A DNA stretch of 64,000 bases, taken from contig DASTWL010000012.1 in assembly GCA_035765895.1 (NCBI GenBank), positions 38,565 to 102,564 of the forward strand, in the 5' to 3' direction. The DNA is from Verrucomicrobiia bacterium (GTDB lineage: Bacteria; Verrucomicrobiota; Verrucomicrobiia; Limisphaerales; DSYF01). Position 1 is the first letter of the stretch. Every line of letters starts with the position of its first letter. The position numbers were made by a program, and so were the translations under genes. Shown here in pieces: positions 9,201-17,264 of the stretch. Below the pieces are notes generated by a model. That model did no database searches. It worked only from the letters and a program-made list of their open reading frames with translations, and was not told the DNA's origin.

Positions 9201-9462
9201 CCGCTTCGTCCAGCAGGCGGAGGCAGTCCGGCTGGTGATCACCGATCTGCAAATGCCCTACATGGGCGGGGTCGCGCTGATTCATGCCGTGCGCAAAATC
9301 CGGCCGGACATCACGGTGCTGGCGGCGACGGGTTATGGCTCCAAGGAAACACTGCGCGAACTCGAGGCCCTCGGCATCGCCGGGGTGATGAACAAACCCT
9401 ACTCGGCGCGGGAATTGTTGGAGGCGGTGCGCAAGGTGTTGCTCGGCGAGCCGCTCAAATAA
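6220..9462 (+). CDS. multi-PAS hybrid sensor histidine kinase/response regulator
   Basis: Several PAS repeats are followed by an H-box (AAGIAHDLNNILAPI), a HATPase_c domain (DTGQGIP..GTGLGLA), and a C-terminal receiver (ILLVDDEE..ITDLQMP). The ATG at 6220 overlaps the upstream stop (ATGA). Confidence 0.85.
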   Translation: MSLERQTTRETLEQEVATLRLRLAQLEGSRPVGAASAGAVSPWSALIENMGVSAALLSADGLILCASRVFAEMFRLPAELLPGTALASFIFDEHRHRYLTLFGSLQNGPTTGELVGLRATREMFPLRLTLCPMPAVSGGAVAALVIDQTQQDELERLRRHVAEMERERAQRDAESAAALRELADARLAALNVLEDAVQARQRSEQINRQLRESEERFRTLVETAPDAISIQSDGCFRYVNRAVLTLYGAESPAQLLGRPALDRVHPDYHAIALERRRRVDDAHEPAGAMEQVHLRLDGTPVHVDICAVPFQFEGEPAVLVFARNLTERKQAEKAAEERSAELDRFFSLALDLLCIADPGGRLLRLNPAWEPSLGYPVAELAGHSLLDFVDEDDAADTIAAFAEVCARGGIVSFTNRCRHKDGTLRWIEWRVASYSGSLVYAAARDITERLQSEETLRLRNTALEAAANVVVITDRQGRIVWTNPAFTQSTGYTAAEVLGRNPRLLKSQEQDPAFYRQMWEAITAGDVWQGEFVNVRKDGTRFTEHATITPVRNESGQITHFIAVKQDVSEQKQAEQRLRDQAQLLDLANDAIIVCAQDQTIVNWNQGAERLYGWSKAEALGRALHPLLGRPQSVSEAEITRELDARGSWNGELRQHNREGKEITVISRWTLIREEHGAAKSILVINADVTERKRLEAQFLRMQRVESIGTLAAGIAHDLNNILAPILMVGPLLEEKVKDDEGRWMLEAARKNAERGASIVKQLLTFAKGSEGELIPLDLTRLLKDMAGIVRETFPKNIRCETSLPPQPWPVLGNLTQLHQVVLNLCLNARDAMPDGGQLRLAMDNIVVDESFVAMEIQARPGPYVVLTVADTGQGIPDDIKERIFDPFFTTKGPDRGTGLGLATVLGIVRSHNGFIRLTSRVGEGSQFKIYLPASDIVDTAGQAAEQTAAAPRGNGELILLVDDEEAVRATSRRALTKFGYRVVEAADGTEGVSRFVQQAEAVRLVITDLQMPYMGGVALIHAVRKIRPDITVLAATGYGSKETLRELEALGIAGVMNKPYSARELLEAVRKVLLGEPLK

Positions 9463-9492
9463 AAACGGGCGGACCGTGGCCGGTCCGCCCGT
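9460..9492 (-). terminator. intrinsic terminator downstream of rpsA; the hairpin is shared with the convergent kinase gene
   Basis: A 12-bp perfect stem, acgggcggaccg/cggtccgcccgt, closes a 4-nt loop. On the minus strand it is followed by TTTTTATTT. Confidence 0.65.
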
Positions 9493-9515
9493 GGTGAGAG
9501 TGACTGCGAAACGTC

Positions 9516-11183
9516 TTACTTCTGATCATCCCGCACTTCGAGCCCGTCGAAGGCGTGTTGCAGGGCAACGAGGTCTTCGCCCGGCTTGAGGGAATCCAGA
9601 ATCTTCTGTTCCTCCTTCAACTGCTCGTCCGAGTAGTTGGCCGCCTTGATGGACAGGCCGATGCGGCGCTCCGCCTTGTCGATCTTGATGACGCGGGCGG
9701 TGACTTCCTGGTCCGGCTTGAGCACGTTCTTGATCTTGTCCACGCGCTCCTCGCTGATTTGCGAGATGTGCACGAGGCCGTCGATTTCGTTGGCCAGGCC
9801 GATGAAGGCGCCGAAGCTCGCGAGCTTGGTGACCTTGCCCGTGACGAGGTCGCCGACCTTGTAATACTTGTCGATGTTGTCCCACGGGTCGGTGGTGAGC
9901 TGCTTCATGCCGACCGCGATGCGCTGGTTGGCCTTGTCCACTTCGAGCACAATGGCTTCGACTTCGTCGCCCTTCTTCAGGACTTCGCTCGGGTGGTTGA
10001 TCTTGCGGGTCCAGGAGATGTCGGACACGTGGATCATGCCGTCGAGACCTTCCTCCAGCTCGATGAACGCACCGTAGCTGGTGAGGTTGCGGATCTTGCC
10101 CTTGACCTTGGTGCCGGGCGGATACTTCTGGTCGGCGTTGTCCCACGGGTTGGTTTCCAACTGGCGGACGCCGAGCGAAATCTTCTGCTCGTCCTTGTTG
10201 ACGCCGAGCACGACGGCCTCGATTTCCTGGTCCTGCTTGAGGACGTCGGCCGCCTTGGCCACGCGTTTGGTCCAGGAGAGTTCGGTGACGTGCACCAGGC
10301 CTTCGACGCCGGGTTCGACTTCGACAAACGCGCCGTAGGGCACGAGGTTGACGACCTTGCCCTTGACCTTGGTGCCGACGGGATACTTGGCTTCGATGCT
10401 GTCCCACGGATTGGCCATCTTCTGCTTGAGGCCGAGGCTGACGCGTTCCTTCTCCTTGTTGATGTCGAGCACCACGACGTCGAGTTCCTGGCCAACCTTG
10501 AGCACGTCGGACGGATGGTTGACGCGGCCCCAGGACATGTCGGTGATGTGCAGCAGGCCGTCGATGCCGTCGAGGTCGATGAAGGCGCCGAAGTCGGTGA
10601 GGTTTTTGACCTTACCCTTGCGGATGTCGCCGGGCATCATTTCGCCGAGCAACTTGGCGCGGCGCTCGGAGCGTTCCTGTTCGAGCAGTTCGCGGCGGCT
10701 GAGCACGATGTTCTGCCGCTCCTGGTTGATCTTGACGACCTTGAAATCGTAGGTGTTGCCGACGTAGGTCTGGAGGTTCTTCGGCGTGATGACGTCGATT
10801 TGCGACGCGGGCAGGAACGCCTCGACGCCGATGTTGACGATGAGGCCGCCCTTGACCATGGCCTTGACCTTGCCGGCCACGCGGCCGCCTTCGTTGCAGA
10901 TGGAGAGGATGCGCTCCCAGTTCTTCTTGAACTCGGCCTTTTCGTGCGAGAGCACGACCATGCCTTCCTTGTTTTCGAGCTTTTCGATCAGGACATCGAT
11001 CTCGCTGCCGGCCTGGATGCCGGAGAGGTCGATGAATTCGTTGGTGGGGATGAGTCCTTCGGACTTGTAGCCGATGTCCACGAGGACTTCCTTGGGACGG
11101 ACTTCGATGACGGTGCCTTTTGTGATCTGCCCGACAGAGAACGCTTTTTCGCTCTGCTTCAGGGCTTCTTCCATGGTCAGCAT
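9516..11183 (-). CDS. rpsA: 30S ribosomal protein S1
   Basis: 555 aa with six tandem S1 RNA-binding repeats (G.V..v..fGafv.l..g.dGLvHiS pattern). Confidence 0.95.
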   Translation of the reverse strand: MLTMEEALKQSEKAFSVGQITKGTVIEVRPKEVLVDIGYKSEGLIPTNEFIDLSGIQAGSEIDVLIEKLENKEGMVVLSHEKAEFKKNWERILSICNEGGRVAGKVKAMVKGGLIVNIGVEAFLPASQIDVITPKNLQTYVGNTYDFKVVKINQERQNIVLSRRELLEQERSERRAKLLGEMMPGDIRKGKVKNLTDFGAFIDLDGIDGLLHITDMSWGRVNHPSDVLKVGQELDVVVLDINKEKERVSLGLKQKMANPWDSIEAKYPVGTKVKGKVVNLVPYGAFVEVEPGVEGLVHVTELSWTKRVAKAADVLKQDQEIEAVVLGVNKDEQKISLGVRQLETNPWDNADQKYPPGTKVKGKIRNLTSYGAFIELEEGLDGMIHVSDISWTRKINHPSEVLKKGDEVEAIVLEVDKANQRIAVGMKQLTTDPWDNIDKYYKVGDLVTGKVTKLASFGAFIGLANEIDGLVHISQISEERVDKIKNVLKPDQEVTARVIKIDKAERRIGLSIKAANYSDEQLKEEQKILDSLKPGEDLVALQHAFDGLEVRDDQK

Positions 11184-11860
11184 AATGACTTAACTTTCTG
11201 CGAACGGATGAGGGGAACTTGCAAGCGGGGCTTGGAAGCTCCATTGCCTAACGGACCGGCGTTGCGGGGCAACGGAGGTTGAAGGTTAGGTGACTCGGTT
11301 TATTGTTGTTTTTCAGCCTCTCACGAGCACCGCACACGCGGGCTCAGGCGAACGCGGAGAATAGGCGCAAACGCGGCGCTGGCAAGGGGAATCTGGGGGG
11401 CGAATCCGCCGCCATTCGCGCAAACCCTTCCCGGCGAGGGAGAACAGGGACGGCTTGTCGGCCAGACAGCCGGGGCGGGACCGAAAAACCCGAGGAGCGG
11501 AGCCTCCAGCCCGAAGAAATTTTGCTCCAGGCCCAGGGTTGGAGCCCCCAACTCCGGGAAATTTCTCTCCAGCCTTCGGGGCGGACGCTCCACTCCAAAG
11601 GTTTTTCTGGCTGGCCTGCGGGCCGGTCGCGTCAACCCGCGGGCGGACGGGAGACCATCCCGGCTTCCACGCCGGGACGCTTCAGCCCGGCCCGCGTTCC
11701 CAGGCACAGCGTTGCCGCGCCGCGGTGGTGCGACCATCGCGGGGATGGGGGCGATGTGGCTTTTGGCAAAAAACTTGGTGACGCCCGGACGGCGGCGTGG
11801 TTAAGCTGCGCGCTTTCTTGAGGTCGCCCCCTGATGGAAACCGGCGGCTTTGGCATTGCG

Positions 11861-12754
11861 ATGAAACATCTGCTGAGTCTGGAAAAGATGGCGCGAACGG
11901 ACATGGAAGCCGTGTTCGCGAGCGTGCCCGCGTTCAAATCCAACCGCCCCAACCACGCCCGCCCGCTGGCCGGCCAGACGTGGGCGATGATTTTCTCGAA
12001 ATCCTCCACGCGCACCCGCGTGTCCTTCGAGGTGGGCATCCACGAACTCGGCGGCCGGCCGCTCTTTCTCAACGCCGGCGACATCCAACTCGGCCGCGGC
12101 GAGCCGGTCAAGGACACCGCCCGCGTGCTGGGCCGCATGGTCCACGGCGTCGTCATCCGCACCTACGCCCAGACCGAGGTCGAGGAACTGGCCGAACTGG
12201 GCGGGATTCCCGTCGTCAACGCGTTGACCGACGAGGAACATCCCTGCCAGGTGCTGACCGACATTTATACCATCCAGGAAAAGCTCGGTGGCATTGCCGG
12301 CAAAGTCGTCACCTTTGTCGGCGACGGGGCGTGCAACGTGCCGGTGTCATGGATCTGGGCCGCGGCCCGGCTGGGATTTGAACTCCGCATTGCTGCGCCG
12401 GCGAATTATCAGCCCGCGCCGGAATTGTTGCAGCGCGCCGGCGCCAACGTGGTCGTGACCGACGACTTGAAGGCCGCCGCCCGTGGAACGGACGTGCTTT
12501 ACACGGACGTGTGGGTTTCGATGGGCAAGGAAGCCGAGTCCGCGCAGCGGCTGGCCGAGCTGGCGGGCTACCAAATCAACGCCGACCTCGTGAAGCTTGC
12601 CCGGCCCGGGGCGCTCGTCATGCACTGCCTGCCGGCGTATCGCGGGAAGGAAATTGACGACGCCACGTTCGAGGCGAATGCGACGACCATCTTCGACCAG
12701 GCGGAAAACCGGCTGCACGTGCAGAAGGCCATTCTGAACTGGCTGGTGAGTTAA
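11861..12754 (+). CDS. argF: ornithine carbamoyltransferase
   Basis: The motifs are SKSSTRTRVSFE, HPCQVLTD and HCLPAY. I prefer the start at MKHLLSLEK (11861) over 11834. Confidence 0.88.
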   Translation: MKHLLSLEKMARTDMEAVFASVPAFKSNRPNHARPLAGQTWAMIFSKSSTRTRVSFEVGIHELGGRPLFLNAGDIQLGRGEPVKDTARVLGRMVHGVVIRTYAQTEVEELAELGGIPVVNALTDEEHPCQVLTDIYTIQEKLGGIAGKVVTFVGDGACNVPVSWIWAAARLGFELRIAAPANYQPAPELLQRAGANVVVTDDLKAAARGTDVLYTDVWVSMGKEAESAQRLAELAGYQINADLVKLARPGALVMHCLPAYRGKEIDDATFEANATTIFDQAENRLHVQKAILNWLVS

Positions 12755-12879
12755 CCCGCAAGACTGGCAGTCCTTTGCGAGCGGCTTGCCAGGAGCGCCG
12801 ACATTTTGTCGGCTTTTGGCCGCACATGGAGCCGTAGCACGCTGGGGATAAATCGAAGTCAGCGGCAAATATGAGTGTC

Positions 12880-12900
12880 AAAAGCCGGTCAGAGACCGGC
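12880..12900 (-). terminator. candidate intrinsic terminator after the pseudouridine synthase gene
   Basis: The minus strand reads gccggtc-tct-gaccggc followed by TTTTGA, about 75 nt downstream of the stop at 12976. Confidence 0.45.
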
Positions 12901-12975
12901 GCTCCGGCCCGTGCCCGGCGTTCACATTCGCGTCCGGAAGGCAGCTGAGCATCCGGCGGACGATATCACCAAATC

Positions 12976-13782
12976 TCAGTAGCTCGCGTAGCGCCGCAGG
13001 TATTTTACCGCCACCGCAAAATCCTTCGGCCAGGGTGATTTGATGGCCACTGTTTCACCGGTGACGGGATGGGGCAGGGTCAATTCCTCCGCGTGGAGCG
13101 CCACGCGCGCCATCAAGGGCTTTTCGGTTTCGCCTTCCTTCAGCGTGTAGCGCCGTTTCAAGCGCGACAACTTCAGCGGCGCGCCGTGGTAGAGCGCATC
13201 GCCCACGATCGGCAGCCGCACGGAGCGCAGGTGGATGCGAATCTGGTGCGTGCGGCCGGTGACGGGCTCGCAGCGGAGCAGGGTGTGGTTGCGAAACTTT
13301 TCCAGCACGGTGAAACGTGTCCGCGACTTTTTGCCGTGCCGCGGGTCAATGCGCATCAGCCCGGGCCGGCCCGGATGCGGGCCGATCTTGGCATCCACTT
13401 CAAAGGTGTCTTCGGGCGGCGCGCCGTTGACGAGGGCGACGTAGTGTTTCAGGGGTTTGTTCGACCCGAATTGGTTGGCGAGGGCCACCAGCACCGGCTT
13501 GCTTTTCGCGAGCAAGATGATGCCGCTCGTCTCGAAATCGAGCCGGTGGGCGTTGGCGAGGTAACCGCGCTGATGAACAAGCGTCCACGGCTTGCCCTCG
13601 GCGATGCCCGCATGCAGCAGCTTCATCAGGTTCGGCCGCTCGCGGTCGTAACGGTCGGGCGACGTCAGCAGCCCGCTCGGCTTGTCCACGGCGAGCAGAT
13701 GCTCGTCCTCGAACAGGATGGGGATTTCCCAAAACTCCCGCGTGGCGGGGGAAGACAGCTTGATGACGTCACCGATGGGCAT
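12976..13782 (-). CDS. RluA-family pseudouridine synthase
   Basis: It carries the catalytic motif HRLDFETSGIILLAKS and a C-terminal HQIRIHL motif. I prefer the start at MPIGDV (13782), which avoids overlap with the upstream gene. Confidence 0.85.
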   Translation of the reverse strand: MPIGDVIKLSSPATREFWEIPILFEDEHLLAVDKPSGLLTSPDRYDRERPNLMKLLHAGIAEGKPWTLVHQRGYLANAHRLDFETSGIILLAKSKPVLVALANQFGSNKPLKHYVALVNGAPPEDTFEVDAKIGPHPGRPGLMRIDPRHGKKSRTRFTVLEKFRNHTLLRCEPVTGRTHQIRIHLRSVRLPIVGDALYHGAPLKLSRLKRRYTLKEGETEKPLMARVALHAEELTLPHPVTGETVAIKSPWPKDFAVAVKYLRRYASY

Positions 13783-13802
13783 GGCGCCGCGGCGGGCGCC
13801 GC

Positions 13803-15470
13803 TCAATTCGCTCCCGTCGGCGAGCCCACCTCGGCCTGTCGCAGCATGGGAATGCCGGCGAGCGCCTGGCTGGCCTCGCGCTGGAACCACGCCTCGAACG
13901 CCTCGCTCTCGCGGGCCTGCCGGAGCAGTTTGATGAAGTCGGGCAGATCCTTTTCCAGCTTGGTCTGGTCAATCGGCAGCTTGGCCTGCACGTAAACGAC
14001 CACGGAACCTTCCATCGTCGGCACCGCGGGGCTGACATGGCCGACGGCCGTGTTGAAGACCACCTGCTTGAATTGTTGCAGGCTGATGTGGTCCTCAACT
14101 TCCGGCAGTGACCGGCTGCTCAATGAAAACGGCGGCAACAGGACGGGGCTGGCCTTGGCTTCGGCGCACAGGCTGGTGAACGCCTTGCCTTGCGCGAGTC
14201 CGTTGGTGGCCTTGGTTTCGAATTCCGCCGCGGCCCGGCGCGCCGCCTGCAGGGCCTGCGCCAGCTTGAAGTCCTGCTCCACCTGCGTTTTGACGGTGGC
14301 AAAGCTCTGCACTTCGCTCGGCAGTTGCTTGTTCCGGGCGATGACGTAAACCGAATCACCGCTGAGCAACGGACCGGCGATGGGTTCGTCTTCCCGCAGG
14401 TCAAATGCCGCCTTGGTGAAATTATCCCGGGCATCGAGCCCGGCGGGCACGCTCGAACGGTCAAATGGTGCCGTGACGCTCACTGCCAAACCCTGTTCCT
14501 TGGCGCGGGCGGCCAGTGCTTCCGGCTTCACGCCATCCGCGCTGACCAGCGGGTCGGCAAATTCAGAGGCGCGCCGCCGCGCCGCCATGGTGGCAAATTG
14601 TTCGTGGATTTCCTCCCGGATGCTGGCCTTGGCATTTTCGGGCGTCATGCCGCTGTAGAAGTTGGTGCCGCGGCGCTGGTATTCCGCGTCAATCATCAGG
14701 TCCAGGTTGGTCATCTTGTTCATCTCGAGACCGCCTTCGGCCCAGAAGTTGGTGACCTGGAACTGCACGTAGCTGACCTGCACGCGGTCGGGCAGGCGGT
14801 AACGGACCATCTGGTTGGAATAAAACTCCGAGAGCTGGGCCGGCGTGGCCGTGATGCTGGCGAGATAATTCGAGGCGTTGAAGAACACGGCCTGCGCGCT
14901 GAGATCCTGGTTTTCGCGCTCGTAAATCGTCCGGGCTTCCTGCGGGCTGACCAGCTTGCCGCTCAGGCCCATGATCGCCACGATTTGCTGGATGCCGAGG
15001 TTGTGCCGCAGGAACCGCTCCAAGTCCGCCACGTTCAAGCCGCCCGGCGCCAGAACCTTCTGCTCAAACAACTGCATGCTGGGGCTGCCCGCCTGGCGGG
15101 CGAAGCTTTGCAGATAACGGGACGCCTCCTTGGCCACGGCCTCGTCGCTCACGTGCACGCCCAGCTCCTGCATCTTGCGTTCGAGGAAAAGCCGTTGGTA
15201 GGCCTGCGAGTTCAGGTTGAAGCCCAGGCGCTCGGCGCTGGCATCGGGCCATTCGCCGCGGGACAGGAAGTATTGCAGTTTGGCCTCCCGGGCGGCGTTC
15301 ACGAAGTCGTCCTGCGACACCTTCTTGCCGCCGATGACGCCGAAGTCCGCCGCCCCGCCGCCGCGGCCGTTGCCACCGCGATTGCCCGTCCAGACCACCA
15401 GCGAAACGGCCATGGCAGCGATAATCACGCCCCACAGGGCGGTTGAATGTTTGCGGAAAGTTCCAAACAT
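13803..15470 (-). CDS. PpiD/SurA-N-like periplasmic folding chaperone
   Basis: It has an N-terminal membrane anchor (ALWGVIIAAMAVSLVVW) and a long SurA_N-like helical region. I could not recognise a clear parvulin motif. Confidence 0.55.
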   Translation of the reverse strand: MFGTFRKHSTALWGVIIAAMAVSLVVWTGNRGGNGRGGGAADFGVIGGKKVSQDDFVNAAREAKLQYFLSRGEWPDASAERLGFNLNSQAYQRLFLERKMQELGVHVSDEAVAKEASRYLQSFARQAGSPSMQLFEQKVLAPGGLNVADLERFLRHNLGIQQIVAIMGLSGKLVSPQEARTIYERENQDLSAQAVFFNASNYLASITATPAQLSEFYSNQMVRYRLPDRVQVSYVQFQVTNFWAEGGLEMNKMTNLDLMIDAEYQRRGTNFYSGMTPENAKASIREEIHEQFATMAARRRASEFADPLVSADGVKPEALAARAKEQGLAVSVTAPFDRSSVPAGLDARDNFTKAAFDLREDEPIAGPLLSGDSVYVIARNKQLPSEVQSFATVKTQVEQDFKLAQALQAARRAAAEFETKATNGLAQGKAFTSLCAEAKASPVLLPPFSLSSRSLPEVEDHISLQQFKQVVFNTAVGHVSPAVPTMEGSVVVYVQAKLPIDQTKLEKDLPDFIKLLRQARESEAFEAWFQREASQALAGIPMLRQAEVGSPTGAN

Positions 15471-15604
15471 AGATTTTTCAGCGAAAATTAAGGCGCGAAC
15501 CCTAACTGGCTTGTGCCTGACCGGTCAAACGCAAAAGGGCCTGCACCGGGCTGGGAAACGATTCAGGGGGCAGCCGAAAGCCCCAACGAAGGCGGGGCCG
15601 GGCA

Positions 15605-16009
15605 TTACGCGGTCGCGGGGGGACGGGCCGGTTGCCGGCGCAGACCGGCCATCACCAGCCGCCCGCCGAACCAGATGCCCACGGCGTCGGCCGCCAAATC
15701 CAGCAGGTCGAACGTGCGCGAGCGGAAGAAGACTTGCGAACATTCCTCCAGGGTCACCACCGCCATGATGAGGGTGCTGCCCGACAGGGCCGTCCCGCCA
15801 AACAGCCGCAGGGTTCTGCCCCGCCAATGCCCGTTCAACAGGCAGGAAAGCGTCCCGAAGAGCAGAAAATGCCCCAGCTTGTCGCCCGCCGGAATCCGGC
15901 CGGCCAGCGCGAACAGCCAGCCACCGCGACCGCTGTCCGCAAGAATAACCAGGCCGGCGAGAAACATGCTGAAAGCAAGCAGGGCAGGTTTGGTGTAACG
16001 GGGCGGCAT
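15605..16009 (-). CDS. VanZ-like family membrane protein
   Basis: 134 aa with four hydrophobic helices. The motifs GDKLGHFLLFG and DLLDLAADAVG are typical of VanZ-like proteins. Confidence 0.7.
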   Translation of the reverse strand: MPPRYTKPALLAFSMFLAGLVILADSGRGGWLFALAGRIPAGDKLGHFLLFGTLSCLLNGHWRGRTLRLFGGTALSGSTLIMAVVTLEECSQVFFRSRTFDLLDLAADAVGIWFGGRLVMAGLRRQPARPPATA

Positions 16010-16041
16010 GAGGTTGGGCGGGGTGGCGGTTCAGTGGGATC

Positions 16042-16308
16042 TCAACTCGGGCGTGCTCCCCTCTCCAAGGTGGACAATCCGGGGCGACGGGTTTCAATGG
16101 TGACCGCGCCGCATTGGTCACAATAGTGCGCCGGCAAAACATCTGACTTCTCCTGCACAACATGCTCCCTCCAGCCGTCCGCCTGGAAGGTGAGGTTGGC
16201 CAGCGACAGCCCGCCGCCCAGGAACAGCGTGGCCATGCCGCCGCCAATATGAGCCCGGCCCGAGACCATCTCATTGCTGCAATTCGGACATTTCATAACG
16301 CGGTTCAA
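16042..16308 (-). CDS. small zinc-ribbon protein, hypothetical
   Basis: It has CPNC...CDQC cysteine pairs flanking a Gly-rich hydrophobic stretch. Codon third positions look coding. Confidence 0.45.
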   Translation of the reverse strand: MNRVMKCPNCSNEMVSGRAHIGGGMATLFLGGGLSLANLTFQADGWREHVVQEKSDVLPAHYCDQCGAVTIETRRPGLSTLERGARPS

Positions 16309-16321
16309 GCATGCGTGAGGT

Positions 16322-17032
16322 TCAGATCGTCAGCGCGCCGGTTGGTTGATCCATTCGCCTCTGGCGGTTGTTTTGATGCCGAACTCGTTGCCCTCGGAAA
16401 CATACGCGCGCCAGCAGAATAGTGGCAACGCCCCAAACGACAAACCAGCCGTAAACCGTGCCGCCGATTCCAGTGCCGAGCCGGAAATGCTGGATGCGGC
16501 CGAGCAAAGGCGCTTCTGATTCGTAACCGAAGCTGTAGCCATAGTGATTGGGTGGCGGCAGAGTGCCTTGTGCTGCTGCCCGCAAATAGCCAAAGACCTG
16601 CTCCACTTGGACGCTCCCGTTGTTTGCGGACGTCAGGCTCGCGCGGTCGAGAATCCAGCCCGCCAGAATCTCCGGGCTCAGCACTCCTGTCGAGCGTGCG
16701 GACTCATAACGGAAGTCTGGCAGGCTCAAGGTCGCCTTGCCCTCCGAGTCATTTGAGGAATTATGCCATTCCAGCGTGAGCAGTTTATAGGCGAAATTCG
16801 TTGGAAACGTCCAATACCAATGAGTTGCTGTCTGCCCCTCAAACGAGAATGAAAACATCTGGTCGGAACTGACGAAGTTTCCTTGCACCCTGCTATAGTA
16901 AATTCCTGTTTTCGCGCCATCATCGCGATGCTGCTTCCGCCAAAGCAGTTGAGCACCAAAACTCCCAACAAGGAGAAATGCCATGGATGCTGCAGAGAAC
17001 GCGAGGAGCTTGGTCAATGGAAGCAAGCGCAT
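16322..17032 (-). CDS. hypothetical membrane-anchored protein in a lower-G+C islet
   Basis: I prefer the start at MRLLPLTKLLAFSAASMAFLLVG (signal/anchor). A C-terminal TM helix is present. I recognise no family. Confidence 0.45.
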   Translation of the reverse strand: MRLLPLTKLLAFSAASMAFLLVGSFGAQLLWRKQHRDDGAKTGIYYSRVQGNFVSSDQMFSFSFEGQTATHWYWTFPTNFAYKLLTLEWHNSSNDSEGKATLSLPDFRYESARSTGVLSPEILAGWILDRASLTSANNGSVQVEQVFGYLRAAAQGTLPPPNHYGYSFGYESEAPLLGRIQHFRLGTGIGGTVYGWFVVWGVATILLARVCFRGQRVRHQNNRQRRMDQPTGALTI

Positions 17033-17264
17033 GCAAAGTCCCACATGGTCACGAGTAAAACAAACCAATAACCCACGGTGCCACCAGCAAGGCCGCGCCG
17101 ATCCCGAATATGACGAGATACGTGAAGCGTAAGCCTCTCGCAAGGTATGCCTTCGAGTGTGTCGGGCAAGCGGTTTTTAAAATCCCGCTCACTTCGATGC
17201 GGCGGACGAGTGGCGCGTGAGCGACGCGGATTTGTCGGATGGCGGCAGGATGCAGTGAGCAGCG

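Noticed and set aside
9555-11282. 575-aa plus-strand ORF opposite rpsA
   Set aside because: It is the antisense shadow of a highly conserved S1 gene, and its product is repetitive Asp/Leu/Val-rich with no motifs.
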